A DNA stretch of 37,667 nucleotides from Pelomyxa schiedti (GCA_020536535.1 JAHLWZ010000962.1:1-37667), one strand, 5' to 3'. Counted from the first letter of the stretch, positions 22,661-34,832 are shown. Notes: a model not told the origin generated them from the sequence alone. Numbers and translations are program-made.

Positions 22661-23827
22661 TCAACACTCCCTTGTCAGCGTGAAAATGTGCACACCAGAT
22701 GAGGGGGCAACAACATGAACTTGATTCCTTTCCAGCACAACAAGGAAGCTTCCCCAGGAAGTGAGTGTTACGGGATTGTGCACAGAGCATGGGAGTGTGA
22801 TCACTGTTGGGTGTGTACCACTGGTTTTGCTGGAGAAGTCCCAAACTGCACACTTCTGGATCCAGTCTTTCCTCTGTGAAACGAAGCAATCCTCCAGAAC
22901 CAGCAGGTTGTCTGTGTGGTTTTCACAAAGGAAATTCAACTCACCACTTTCCAACAGCTCATAAACTCTGTGGTCCTTTACAACCACAACTCTCTTTGAT
23001 TCCCAGAAGCAGTATGAGTAGTCCAGCAGTCCACCCAATGCAAGCTGGCCTAATCCAAGCACACTCCTTGTCACAGAAGCCAAAGGCGCCATCTCACCAG
23101 TTTCAAAGGCCCTCTCAACATCAACCAAGTGGAACGCAATAAGCTCCGGAAGTGGGCGGCGACGCCGCTGCAGCACAACACAGAGCCCATCATCATCCAC
23201 AAACTTGTGGAACACGAACGAACCCAGGCTCCCCAAACACAGCCCTTCATCATCACCATCAAGCTCACCATCACTCCTCCACCACGGCCTCACCCTCCTT
23301 GCCTGCGACACACTCATCATTTTTTCGGCACTCTGCCCCTCGCCGTTGTCCCCTTGATCCACTGTAACCACCTTCCACACATTCCAGTTCAGGATGTCCA
23401 CAATCCACCTGCCTCTGCCTCTGCAAAAGATGGTTTGGCCGTTTGTCGGCAGGTCGACTCTTTGGCCAGTGATTGCATTTGTTACGGAAGTATCCATCCA
23501 TGCATCCAGAAAGTGGGTGCTGTCCATCCACGTTACTGAAAGTGCAGGTCTGAACTGCACTCTTAAGTGGCGCATGAATCCGAGTGTGTGCGCCGACACC
23601 TCGACGACGGGCGCATGTGTATGCACCCCCAACAGACAACTGTGCAGTACTACGCAGCCAGTGGAACACTTTTCAACCAAGAACATTGTGAGGGGCGCAT
23701 TGTGGGATGTGAGGGCCGATGCGGGGCTGCTCACACCACACCGAGAGTGCGACGACATCATAAACGCCAACATTTGGTCCCTGAACACGAGGTGGGGTTC
23801 AAGAAACCAACCGTCGTCCCCACGCAT
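22661..23827 (-). CDS. SSHARCG-motif family protein, copy 7 (subfamily B)
   Basis: WFLEPHLVFRDQMLAFMMSSHSRCG and LVDVERAFETGEM. Confidence 0.87.
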   Translation of the reverse strand: MRGDDGWFLEPHLVFRDQMLAFMMSSHSRCGVSSPASALTSHNAPLTMFLVEKCSTGCVVLHSCLLGVHTHAPVVEVSAHTLGFMRHLRVQFRPALSVTWMDSTHFLDAWMDTSVTNAITGQRVDLPTNGQTIFCRGRGRWIVDILNWNVWKVVTVDQGDNGEGQSAEKMMSVSQARRVRPWWRSDGELDGDDEGLCLGSLGSFVFHKFVDDDGLCVVLQRRRRPLPELIAFHLVDVERAFETGEMAPLASVTRSVLGLGQLALGGLLDYSYCFWESKRVVVVKDHRVYELLESGELNFLCENHTDNLLVLEDCFVSQRKDWIQKCAVWDFSSKTSGTHPTVITLPCSVHNPVTLTSWGSFLVVLERNQVHVVAPSSGVHIFTLTREC

Positions 23828-23903
23828 TTTGTATTTTTTTTTTCCAGATTTCCTTCTGCCTACATAAATCCGTGTCTGAGGGAGTAGAAGGAACCTGGTA
23901 AAT

Positions 23904-25076
23904 TCACCCATAATACAAACGTGGACCACTCAGAGAGAAAATTTGAGCTCCAGAGGCAGGATCAACTGCATGGAGTTTGGACTTTCCCAGCACAACCAGC
24001 AATCCTCCCCATGACGTCAGTTTAAAAGGGAACCCAGAGCGATCAGACCACGGGAGTGTTATCACTGTGGGATGTGTTTCACTGTTGGAGAAGTCCCACA
24101 CCTCACACTCGTCTCCCAGTGCATTCCTTTGCGCAATGAACAAGTTGTCCAGAATCAGCAGGGAATCTGTGTCGTTTTCACAAAGGAACCTCAACTCACC
24201 CCTTTCGGTCAGCTCATAAACTCTGTGGTCCTTGGCAACCACAACTCTCTTTGATGGCCAGAAGCAGTGAGAGAACCCCAGAGGTTCTCCAAGCTGAGGT
24301 GGTACATTCACCCTCACAGTATCAACAGGAACCAACACCTCGCCGGTCTCGAATGCACTCACAATGTCGACCAGGTGGTACTCCCTCACCTCTGCCCCAT
24401 TTGGGCACCATCCAACCTCAAAAAATCCATCACCAACCATCCCCCTGAAATTGAATGACCCAGCTTCTTCCCCCTGTTTCGCCAAGGATGTATCCATTTG
24501 CCCTTCACTTCCCTGGTTCCTCCTCCCCCTCATCCTCATCCTCCTCTCGTCCCACCAAGGGGTGACATCCCTGGGCTGTGATACTCTCATTGGCCCCGCT
24601 TTATCAACCTTCCACACCCTCCACAAGCTGTGATCCACGATCCACTTTCCCTTCCATCCAGCGCGAGAGCAGCCGTGCATTTTGGGAACCACAGCGCACT
24701 TGCCGGTTGCTGCATTGGCGACGCAAGCACCGTCGCAGGGGTTGAGGCACGAGGCCAAGCAGAGGGTGCTGTCCATCCTCGAGACAAAGGCCTTGGGTGA
24801 CCACTCCCGGAAAAGGCTGGTCACGCCCAGCGTGTACTTTGAAACGCCGACAACGACTTGGGCCATGCCCGACCCTGGTACAACCACACAGCCGCGTGAC
24901 CATTTGTCAACCAACAACCTCACGAGGGGCGCATTGTGGGATGTGAGGGCAGACGCCGCGCTGCTCGCACCACACCGAGCGTGCGACGACATCACAAACG
25001 ACAATATTTGCTCGCTGAACACGAGGTACCGCTCCAGGATCCAACCATTGGTACACCCACCATCACTTTCTTTCAT
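23904..25076 (-). CDS. SSHARCG-motif family protein, copy 8 (subfamily B)
   Basis: Family motifs; close paralog of 26518-27717. Confidence 0.88.
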   Translation of the reverse strand: MKESDGGCTNGWILERYLVFSEQILSFVMSSHARCGASSAASALTSHNAPLVRLLVDKWSRGCVVVPGSGMAQVVVGVSKYTLGVTSLFREWSPKAFVSRMDSTLCLASCLNPCDGACVANAATGKCAVVPKMHGCSRAGWKGKWIVDHSLWRVWKVDKAGPMRVSQPRDVTPWWDERRMRMRGRRNQGSEGQMDTSLAKQGEEAGSFNFRGMVGDGFFEVGWCPNGAEVREYHLVDIVSAFETGEVLVPVDTVRVNVPPQLGEPLGFSHCFWPSKRVVVAKDHRVYELTERGELRFLCENDTDSLLILDNLFIAQRNALGDECEVWDFSNSETHPTVITLPWSDRSGFPFKLTSWGGLLVVLGKSKLHAVDPASGAQIFSLSGPRLYYG

Positions 25077-25100
25077 TTCCTTGAATTGGGTTTACGATTT

Positions 25101-26527
25101 ATGGATCGTCCCGTCTCGCCCCGTCTCGCCTTTTCGGCGCCCAGAGGTACGCCGGGCCAAAGTTCATCGACGCGCGTGGCCAATTGTCAGCCCTGGCAAC
25201 AGCGTCTCACGAGCGATGCGGGTGCGCGAGCGCGGCGAGGTTAATGTGCGGTGCTTCGGGGACGCTGTTGAGTCAATTGTGGGATGACTGGATCATGGGC
25301 ACTGAGCGCAGGTTTATCGTGCAGGCCTCGTTGCACTATGGCGCCACTGTCATGGCCGTTTTCTCATTTGGGATTTCGCATTTGACTTGTGGGATCACGA
25401 TGCCGGTGGAATCTCACTACTGCATGGATATTTTGTGTGTGGTTGATTGGGACCGGCACGTTGGCCTGGATAATTCCAGGAACGTTGCATTGTGGGAATC
25501 CTGCCGGCAGAAATCGACACCGAGGTCTGTGAGGATTGATGTTGGTGCGATGGACCGAATTTACAGATGCGTTTTCAATTCCAAGTGGCTGGTTTTTTCC
25601 TGTGCAATTGGGAACTTTGAGAGGATAGGGATCATTGAAATTCCTCCTGGAATTGAATTGGACCAATCTCACTCAATTGGGCCCCCAACCATTGTTCCTT
25701 TTCCTAGCACGTGTCCACTGAAACTGGAATTCGTCTCTGGTGACTTGGTTGTACTTGCGTTTGATGAAAATTTCAACCCCAGCCTATCAGTTTTCAACAT
25801 AGTGCCAGGGATACTCACAAGCAAAACAAGCTTCAAAGTGCCTCCAGGTCCTGGACACATTTACAAACTGACAGTTCTGGGGATGAGGAAACGAAGTGGC
25901 AAGCTGCTCTTCATTGCAATGATTCGCTACCCAAAGGCTGATTCTACAATCATTGAGATTCCAGAAGGCCGTGATTGGGAGTGCTCTGAACTCAAGTTCT
26001 TCACCACAAAGTGCACTGAAATGTCACGTCTAAGTGACTCCCTGTTCTGCTTGTTCTCACCAGAGGGATCCTTTTGCGAAATCTGGGATGCCAACGACAC
26101 CACAGAACCAACCAAGGCCATACCACTCATGCCCTCTGTGATTCCTTGTCGTCCACTGGAGAAATCAGAAACATGGACTGCAGTGGCACACTCTGGGTTT
26201 ATATTTCACCTGTGTGACAAGCAGTTCAACCTTATTGAAGCTGCCACTGCAACTACTGTCCTCACACTTCCAATCACAAGGTATTGCTCAGTCATCCCCA
26301 AAAAAAAAAACAACCAACCATTAATTACCACAGGGAAAGCATGCACAAAGGAGCAGATTTGCAGGTGTGGTCACCTTAGTTCTGTGGCACGCGGGGGCAT
26401 CTCGACAAAAATGTTCATTCACAACTTTAGGCGACACCTCGGTTGTACCAATGAATTGATTGTTGATGTGATCACTGTTGGAGATGAACTGTTAATTCAG
26501 ATGAATCCTCTGCTGAATCACCCATAA
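25101..26527 (+). CDS. Divergent member of the same superfamily (DARGQLSALATASHERCG); both ends uncertain, possibly a pseudogene
   Basis: Long open frame with an SHERCG motif and CEIWD. There is no in-frame ATG. A probable GT-AG intron from 26281 would end the CDS near 26378. Confidence 0.6.
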
Positions 26528-27717
26528 TACAAACGTGGACCACTCAGAGAGAAAATATCAGTACCAGAGGCAGGATCAACTGCGTGGAGTTTGAACTTTT
26601 CCAACACAACCAGCAGTCCTCCCCATTGCTTAAGTTTAAAAGTGATCCCAGATGGATCAGAACACGGGAGTGTGATCACTGTTTGATGCGTTTCACTGCT
26701 TCTGCTGGAGAAGTCCCACACCTCACACTCGTTGACCCGTGCCTTCCTCTGCACAATGAACAAGTTGTCCAGAATCAGTAAGTCTGTGTAGTTTTCACAA
26801 AGGAACCTCAACTCACCACTCCCCGTCAGCTCATAGACTCTGTGGTCCTTGACAGCCACAACTCTCTTCGACGGCCAGAAGCAATGGGTGAACCCGAGAG
26901 GTGTTCCAAGCTGAGGTGGCACGATCACCCTCACAGAATCAACAGGCACAATCTCGCCAGTCTCAAACGCGCTCTCAATGTCAGCCAGGTGAAACTCCCT
27001 CACTTCTGTAAGTGCCCCATTTTGGCTCTTCCTCTCAAACTCACAAAATCCATCAGCAACCATCCCTCTGAAACTGAACCACCCTGAAGCTTCTTCCCTC
27101 AGGGGTTTAGCTGAAGTGGATGTATCTTCAGCCCCAACTTGCCCTGACCCTTTACTTCCCCGGTTCCTCCTCCCCCTCGTAGCCGTCCTCTCGTGCCACC
27201 AAGGGGTGACATCCCTCGGCTGCGACACACTCACGACCCCTGCTTTCTCAACCTTCCACACCCTCCACAGGTTGTGATCCACGATCCACTTTCCCTTCCA
27301 TCCGACGTGAGATGCGCTGTGCATTTTGGGAACCCCCCCACATTCGCCGGTTGCTGCATTGGCGACGTAAGCACCATCACAGGCGCTGAGGCACGCCATG
27401 CAGAGGGTGCTGTCCATCCTCGAGACAAAGGCCTTGGGTGACCACTCCCGGAAAAGGCTGGTCACGCCCAGCGTGTACTTTGAAACTCCGACAACGACTT
27501 GGGCCATGCCCGACCCTGGTGCAACCACACAGCCGCGTGACCATTTGTCGGCCAAGAGCCTCACGAGGGGCGCATTGTGGGATGTGAGGGCCGACGCCGC
27601 GCTGCTCACACCGCACCGAGCGTGCGACGACATCACAAGCGACAATAACTGCTCTCTGAACACGAGGTGCCGCTCCAGGATCCAACCGTTTGGACACCCA
27701 CCATCACTTCCTTTCAT
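26518..27717 (-). CDS. SSHARCG-motif family protein, copy 9 (subfamily B)
   Basis: Family motifs; ends in the same SLSGPRLYYG as copy 8. Confidence 0.88.
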   Translation of the reverse strand: MKGSDGGCPNGWILERHLVFREQLLSLVMSSHARCGVSSAASALTSHNAPLVRLLADKWSRGCVVAPGSGMAQVVVGVSKYTLGVTSLFREWSPKAFVSRMDSTLCMACLSACDGAYVANAATGECGGVPKMHSASHVGWKGKWIVDHNLWRVWKVEKAGVVSVSQPRDVTPWWHERTATRGRRNRGSKGSGQVGAEDTSTSAKPLREEASGWFSFRGMVADGFCEFERKSQNGALTEVREFHLADIESAFETGEIVPVDSVRVIVPPQLGTPLGFTHCFWPSKRVVAVKDHRVYELTGSGELRFLCENYTDLLILDNLFIVQRKARVNECEVWDFSSRSSETHQTVITLPCSDPSGITFKLKQWGGLLVVLEKFKLHAVDPASGTDIFSLSGPRLYYG

Positions 27718-27924
27718 TTCCTTGTATTATTTGATCCAATCAAGTGTACGACAAGGAATCACAAGGGATGACCTTGGTTGGCTCTGTGGTGTTGATAACA
27801 TCTCCCCTCACATCTTCTCATCTCGACAATATTCACTTTAGGCAAACCACACGTTCGTTACCCGAAAAATTCGAATTTGGTGGTCTTCTAACAACAAATC
27901 AAAGTACGACGACTACGACGGGCG

Positions 27925-29079
27925 ATGAACACGGCGTTGGTTTGTTTCGTTGTTTGTTTTCTTTTTTATGTTGGTGTAACTGTTCTGTTGTGGATAATAA
28001 TTTAAGTGTTTAGAAATTTTGAGTTGCCTATTGTTTTGTGCAGGTTGTTGGACATATGTGTGGGTGGGCGTATGCGGCAACGTGGGCTGCATGTGGATAC
28101 CCACAGGTGATACAAAACCACAACTCTAAGAGGTAGTTATTGTTACAGTACTTTGAGTAAGTTGACATTCATATCTATTCTGTTTAGCGTTGCTGGTGTG
28201 AGTACAGCGTATATCATGTACCAATTATCTGGAAGTTTGAGCTATTATATATATAACTCTGCTCTCGTGTTCCCTTGGTGAGCTCTATTGGTTTCTCCTT
28301 AATCCTGATCTTGAATCCGTACTCATCATACTACCCTTGTATTACCTTTACAACAAGGAGACAGGTTTTACTCACTCCAGCGGAAGTTCAAGTTGTACTA
28401 TAACTTGGCAGAAATCCCAGCACACGCTTCCGACATGCTATTTTCTGTGAATTCCACCGCAGTGGCAATTATCTTGTTCGCTCAATACTTCTATTTTCAT
28501 GAGGTACTTCATTACTTTGTTTTTTTCCCTTACAATGACCTGATTTATTCCTCTTCCTTCGTGGAGAGCAACAGCAAGGTGTCTCCCTACCTAAGATTTT
28601 CGCTATTATCTTATTGGTGTTTCACCATCTTTGCTCTTATCCTTTCTCTGCTGACATCAGCAATTGAAATCGTGGTTGTCATACAAATAATCGGTTTGGC
28701 CAAGCTGGTGTTTGTCACTATGAAATATGTTCCACAGGTTGTTGCATAAACGGCGGCAACGCTTTACACTTACCCTACCCTAGGTAATCAAAAACCAAAC
28801 CCTCCGGAGTACAAAGGGTTGGAGTATCACGTCGTCATGGCTGGATTTGATTGGTGGAGTACTTTGTATCCTCAACCTGGTCTGCCTTGCCATAGCATAC
28901 AGTTAAACTGTCACCTAATCTTCTATTTGCAACCCACTTACCCACCACAAGGAGACATCAACCTGTTATTTGTCAACGTACCCAAACTGGGACTCGCTAT
29001 CATCTCGATCCTGTTCTCAGGCACACTCATACTCCAACACTGTATCTTCTCTCGGCACACAGATAAGCTGTGGGTTTGA
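27925..29079 (+). CDS. Cystinosin-like PQ-loop membrane transporter, multi-exon
   Basis: GWAYAATWAACGYPQVIQNHNSKSVAG (PQ1), KYVPQV...STKGWSI (PQ2), NVPKLGLAIISILF and hydrophobic segments. Confidence 0.85.
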
Positions 29080-29110
29080 GCTGCCGCTGGGGAAAAAAAA
29101 AAGAAAAAGA

Positions 29111-29192
29111 TGTGTTCTGTGGGGTTCGAACCCACGCCACCGAAGTGAATAGAACCTGAATCTACCGCCTTAGACCACTCGGCCAAGAACAC
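29111..29192 (-). tRNA. tRNA-Leu(CAG)
   Basis: Acceptor GTGTTCT/AGAACAC, anticodon arm GTAGA-TT CAG GT-TCTAT and a long variable arm. Confidence 0.95.
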
Positions 29193-29306
29193 TCCAAAGA
29201 GAAGTGTTTAACACGTATGTAGTGCTACCAGTTCCACCATCCCTCAAGTTCGTACCCCTTTTCATTTTGTGTGGACTCTAGAAAGGCACTACCGACCTCC
29301 ACAGAA

Positions 29307-29388
29307 GCGTCGGTGGCGGAGTTGGTCTAACGCGGTGCACTCAAGATGCATTTCCTTTGGAGCCTGGGTTCGAATCCCAGCCGGCGCA
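29307..29388 (+). tRNA. tRNA-Leu(CAA)
   Basis: Acceptor GCGTCGG/CCGGCGC, anticodon arm GTGCA-CT CAA GA-TGCAT, variable arm and T6 terminator. Confidence 0.95.
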
Positions 29389-29518
29389 ATCTTTTTTGCT
29401 TTTTCTTTCCGGGACAGCACCTGTGTGCGGCTGTGCCCTCCCCTATTCCTTAATTGATCTTTACTTTAGTCTTCCCAGAAGGAAGAACGATCGCCAAATT
29501 CAGACAAACGGACAGACA

Positions 29519-32500
29519 ATGCGGTCCGCCTCAACAGCAACGACGACGCGATCGCGCCCCGATGATGACTCGGCCAACAGCAGCAGCACGGGCGGTGGGG
29601 GGGGGCGAGGCCGGCACTCTGTCGACGTGGTGTACGACGCACACGAGAGGGAGCAGACAACCCATGCCGCCGCTGCGGCCACGGCCTCAGGTTCTCCCCA
29701 AGGAGGGGGAGGACCAGGAGGGGGGCCACACGACTGCTACTACTCAGGCGGGGGCGGGGGGGGCACAGGGGGCGAAGGCGGGGGGGCACTGGGCCTGGGG
29801 GCTGCGGCCAAGCCATTCGCTGTGGCTTACAGTGTCGCCACAAAAAGAAGCGATATCATTGTATGTGATTGGCTGTGTGTGTTGTGCGTTGTGATGCCTT
29901 GCCGCGTTCTGCTTTGAGAGATCAAGTTAAAATAAAATAACAGATACAACTAAAATGAAACCAAAGAGTTATAAAATTGACACGTAAATCTAGGTGTATT
30001 GTTTTCATGTAAGAATAGGGTAAGGCTCCTGCTTTCACTTTTTTTTTTTTTTTTGCTTTTGCGTTGTTGATTAATTGTGGTCACACCAACTAAAGAACAA
30101 AGGAGTACCATGTCGCGCAGAGATACAGCGATTTCAGGGAGTTGCATAAACATGTATTACAGCTTTACTTTGATGTTGACCTTAGTTTCACCCACAGCTA
30201 AAGTCTTCATACAAAGTGAAGCTTGCTGAGTTTCCAAGCCGCACATTAAGAAATTCTACAAACCAAAAAACCACAAGAGAACTACGGAGACGCATGTTCT
30301 ATATATATCTCAACGAAGCATTGGAGTACCCACAAATAAGGGAAGATCCTTGTCTGCTAGAATTTTTGTCCTCAACTAAGGTAAAGGCCTATTTGCGCAG
30401 GTTTTATTTTTTTTAAAAAAAAAACAAGCTGGTCTCTGATCATGAACTATCTGTTGAAGGTAAGTTTCAGTTTTTTTTCTCCTAACGTAACTCCTGTGGA
30501 GTTTTGGCTGCTCGCGGCCTCAATCTTAGCACTGATGATCCTATATGTTGCAAACTTGGAATTTATAATGCAGTTTACATTGTGGAGAAAGAAATGCAAG
30601 AAACCGACCCGGCATCACTGGGGTCTGGCCCATCCTGGCTTTCTGAAAATTTTACTTTGTAAGTGACTGAAACACCTTGGTGAAGGTAATTCTACTTACA
30701 GCTGTCTGGAAAGCGGTTCAACTGGATTACAATTATCTTTGTGGACATCAAAGCTTGTTGGCTCCACTTTTTTGGTTTCCTTGACCAAACTAAAAATTTG
30801 AAGTAATCTCTTACCCAAGGGAAGTGTGATGATACGTTGTGCCTCCCTTCCTCAAAATAAAGTTAGTGAACATTGGTACCAGTTTGAATGTTCTTTGTGA
30901 TAATTGATTTAACTCAGGTTTCCGTTGCATGCAACAAGCCAATATAACAAACCTATAAGCGGGGAGTTGCACCTTCGCTTGTACAGGAAAAGTCCTTCAA
31001 CTCCAACATCCATTTCGACTGAGCCTGTTTTGTCTCCGCAGATTGAAAAATTGCGACTGGAGAGAAGAAAAACACGAATGGTCGTACTTTTCGCACTATA
31101 ACATTACCTGTTCTCATTTATTCTCAGGAACTTCTTAATCACAAAGCTAAGTTTGGTTCAACAGGCTGCATTCATATATCCTACACATATTCACCTCCTC
31201 AATATAGTTGGGAGGGAGCGCTCTATTTAGAATGTAAATTATCCCTCTTTACTACAATTCTAATCAGTTAAGTAATCGGTGCTAAAAATCTCTCTGCACA
31301 TGATTTGAATGGCTTTTCTGATCCTGTATTCTACTGCCCTCTTCCACTTCAATTATTCAATATCGGAACAGTATTGTGTCATCAAGTTCGGTCGACAGAC
31401 ATTTAAGACAGACATTCAAAAGAAAACTCTGAACCCCACATGGAATGAGAAATTCTTTATGATAGTGTCTCCTTTTGGACCTTCTGACCCCGAACCTGTT
31501 GTCACCATTGAAGTATGGGACTGGGATAGATTCGGTATGCTAATCTCGCAATTATGTGACTTTACACTTTCAAAGGCTCTGGCGATATCATTGGCACAAT
31601 GCAGCTTATTCTCCCAGAAGTTATTCCCAATACACCACAAGATGTGTGGTGTGACATCTATGCTGACCCCTCTGAGGAGAATGTCAACTCCAATGTTGCT
31701 AGAGCAATGCACCAAGCTGGGTGGCGACCACATTTTCCCGTCGTACTTGTACCTGGGTTTGCATCAAGTGAGCTAAAAGTTAAAGAAGGACTGATACCAA
31801 AATGGCAAAACGAAGTCGTGTGGCTCTCTCTGACAAAAGTAGGATTCGTAACTTTTTCTCTTGTCTGATATCTACAGATCGGTACCCAGACTTTCAAGCT
31901 ACTAGGATTTTCCATGTCTAATGCTGTTCAAAAGCTATCAAATCAGGTTTTCTTGCTGTTCTGGGAAATGTATCTGATTCTCCATATGACTAGTTGAGCA
32001 AGGTTTCAAACCTATTTTCCAATGAGGAAAATGATGATAATCCACCTGCTTCCAAGACGAAGGAGGATGTGGAATTTAGGGTTTTAGTTCTGTGTTACTA
32101 TCTTTTTTGACCACCAAAACATAGAACATGTTATTAACCCATGTTTGCTTGGATCCCAATGACGGCCGCTCAGATCCCCCAAGTATTTTACAGGTTATGA
32201 ACAAGAATCTCAATCTTTTTCCTAGAAATATCACTTCGGGCAGTTGAAGAAAAAATTGGGCTTATGTACCTTGATCCGAGCACTGCCGGTGCTCCACTCA
32301 GCTGGGTTATGGGTCCCCTTGTGGAAACTCTGCAAGAGTTTGGGTATAACGACACTAATCTTGCCGCTTGCCCTTATGATTGGAGACTTGACCGTGAGTT
32401 GAAATGTTCACAAACAAAAAATTTAACAAATTGCAGCACAATACCTGGAAGAACGAGACCATTACTTTTCCAAACTGAAGCAAACCATAACAACACTGGT

Positions 32501-34526
32501 AGCCACAAACCATCTCCCAGTTTGCATCCTTGGGCATTCAATGGGAAATAGGTAACACCGTTTATTTGAATTCGCTGATGTTTACCTAGGACTATACAGT
32601 ATTTCTTAAATATGGTCAAGTCCGAGCCTGAAGGTCAACAGTGGCTTGATAGTCACATACACACTTTTATTGCTGTGGGAGCTCCTTTTTTAGGAGCTGC
32701 AAAACCCATCCGAGCTCTGGTATCAAAGAGAAACCTAAAACTCTTCACTCAGTCTTTTAGTGCACAGGAGACAGGCTTGGACTAGATGCACTTCTTAGTA
32801 ACGAGGACGCAATTGAATTCGGCCGCTCCTTGAGTATGCCAATTGTTTTTTAAATTTTTGTGATGAATGCAGGCAGTGTTCCTTTCTTACTTCCGGTGGG
32901 GCATTCATACTATTTTCATGATAAGTCTATGTCCTTTGTTTACCTCTCAGATGACTCTGGGACAAAGCCAGTTTCAATTAGCTCCGCTCTTAGTGCTTCT
33001 GGGGCAACGGTGCCGTTTTTGTCCCCTCATTCCTTCTTTTACCACAATAGAAATCCCAATTTTTCTTTGATCAGTACTATCTCAAAAACCCACTTTTCGG
33101 TGGATCTCCTGGCTTTGAAACTATACTTCAACCTCCTCCTGTGAAACGCCTTTATGCAATTTACGGTATTTCGGTATTCTTATTTCAATTTTCTCACAAG
33201 GAACAGGTATTGACTTACCAACTGAGAAGATTTACTTCTACAAGAAAACCAAAAGTGGCACATTAAGTTTCAACAAAAAACCGGATATTTCCTTGGAAGG
33301 CTACAAAATACGAAGCGGAATCGGCTACGAAACACCTGGTTTTTCAATACTGCTTCCAATACTGTAACTTACATGAAAATGCAGAAACACCTCAACCTTC
33401 CATCTTTCAGTACACAGGCATTCACGGTTCTCGTTCTGGTGAATAACTTTCCTGAATTAGTATCTTCACTGAAAAACGAAAATGTAGGAGACGGCACGGT
33501 TCCTTATGAATCATTAAGCTATTGCTCGACATGGAAGGCGTCGATTCCAGAAGTAACCATTAATGAACTTTCCAAGGTCGAACACAGGGATATACTGAAG
33601 AATAAATTATTCTTCCAACTTCTGATTGACCGGGTATTCCTGGGTGCCTAACTTCCTGAATTTCTCATAAATAAAGATTGCTCTTGCTCCTGCGAATGTA
33701 CAACCGCTACTGAGTGAGGACGAACCTCCTCTCCATTCTCACTCCCAAACTATTGACCCCTCACTGTTGCATCGAATATCTTTCAGTACACCAAGTATCT
33801 TTTCTTGTGAGTACATTCTACTGGATGACTATGCCAGATAGGTTCATCCCCAGTTCACAGTCTGGCAACAGAGACCGTTGTCTCCCCTTCAAAAACTGCA
33901 TCTCCAGAAATCGCAAATGTATTTTCGAGTTCTCAAGTACTTCGAGCGGGATTTCTATTTAAGCAAGGAGAAATTACCCACAAATGGAAGAGGAAATACT
34001 TTGTTCTACAGTCTGAAAGCCTTTCGTTTTATTCCACCCCTTCAGTGTGTTCTTTTAAACAATTGTGCAACTAACAGTTTGTATACCTAGAGTACAACTG
34101 CCAGGGGAACTGTATTATTTTCAGAATTAGCAGAACTCAGGCCAACACCATTTCCCATCGGAGGAATACAACAGCAAGGATTTGTTATGGTGACCAAACA
34201 AGAAGGTTCCCAAACCACCATTTTCCTTTGTTCGAAACTTACCGCCAAACGCAGAAGAAGTCCGGATTTGTTCCAACAACGCCGAGGACACTGAATCCTG
34301 GCTCAAAATACTCACACAAGTCTGGGAACAGCACAAACCCACAGCTTCCACACCGGCAACAGCAACAACAACCCACTGCACCACAACCACTTCGTCCGCG
34401 GAACCACCCCCACGCACATCCGGTGCTATCCGGAAATACTGTGGTGTCCCTCTATCCACAACATCTACATCACACACTACTAGTGCCCCCAGCAGTAACA
34501 CCACACCCCAGCCACAAAGACTGTGA
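29519..34526 (+). CDS. PX-C2-C2-LCAT/PDAT-like acyltransferase with a probable C-terminal PH domain, many exons
   Basis: PX: RRYSDFRELH. C2: GAKNLSAHDLNGFSDP|YCVIK, KTLNPTWNE, VWDWDR. LCAT/PDAT: PVVLVPGFASSEL, PYDWRL, GHSMG, GDGTVPYES, EHRDIL. PH-like: EDTESWLKIL. Stop TGA at 34526. Confidence 0.8.
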
Positions 34527-34750
34527 CCACCCAGAAAGCTTGTAATTTTTTCTCCATCCAACCCAAACATAAAAAAAAGAAGGCGCCGTCTAGGCTCCAA
34601 AAGAAAGACCTTGGGAGAACCCGCCGCTACAACGCCTCCACCTACAAGTCTGAAGTTGCTCTTCCAGCAACCGCCCTTTTTTTTTTCTTTTCAAATTTTT
34701 TGTACGCACTCCTCTGCAGAAAACCGAGGTATACCAAGTGTTGCCAGAGA

Positions 34751-34832
34751 GTGTTCTTGGCCGAGTGGTCTAAGGCGGTAGATTCAGGTTCTATTCACTT
34801 CGGTGGCGTGGGTTCGAACCCCACAGAACACA
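34751..34832 (+). tRNA. tRNA-Leu(CAG), array unit 1
   Basis: Cloverleaf identical to 29111-29192. Confidence 0.95.

Noticed and set aside
22584-22661. tRNA-targeted insertion of family copy 7 downstream of tRNA-Thr, as with Dictyostelium TRE elements
   Set aside because: It is a single instance, spacers are this short throughout the window, and there are no retroelement hallmarks.
34751-34832. Possible UCA suppressor or selenocysteine tRNA (the loop contains TTCA)
   Set aside because: The 7-nt loop TTCAGGT centres on CAG, and the arms and A73 fit an ordinary tRNA-Leu.
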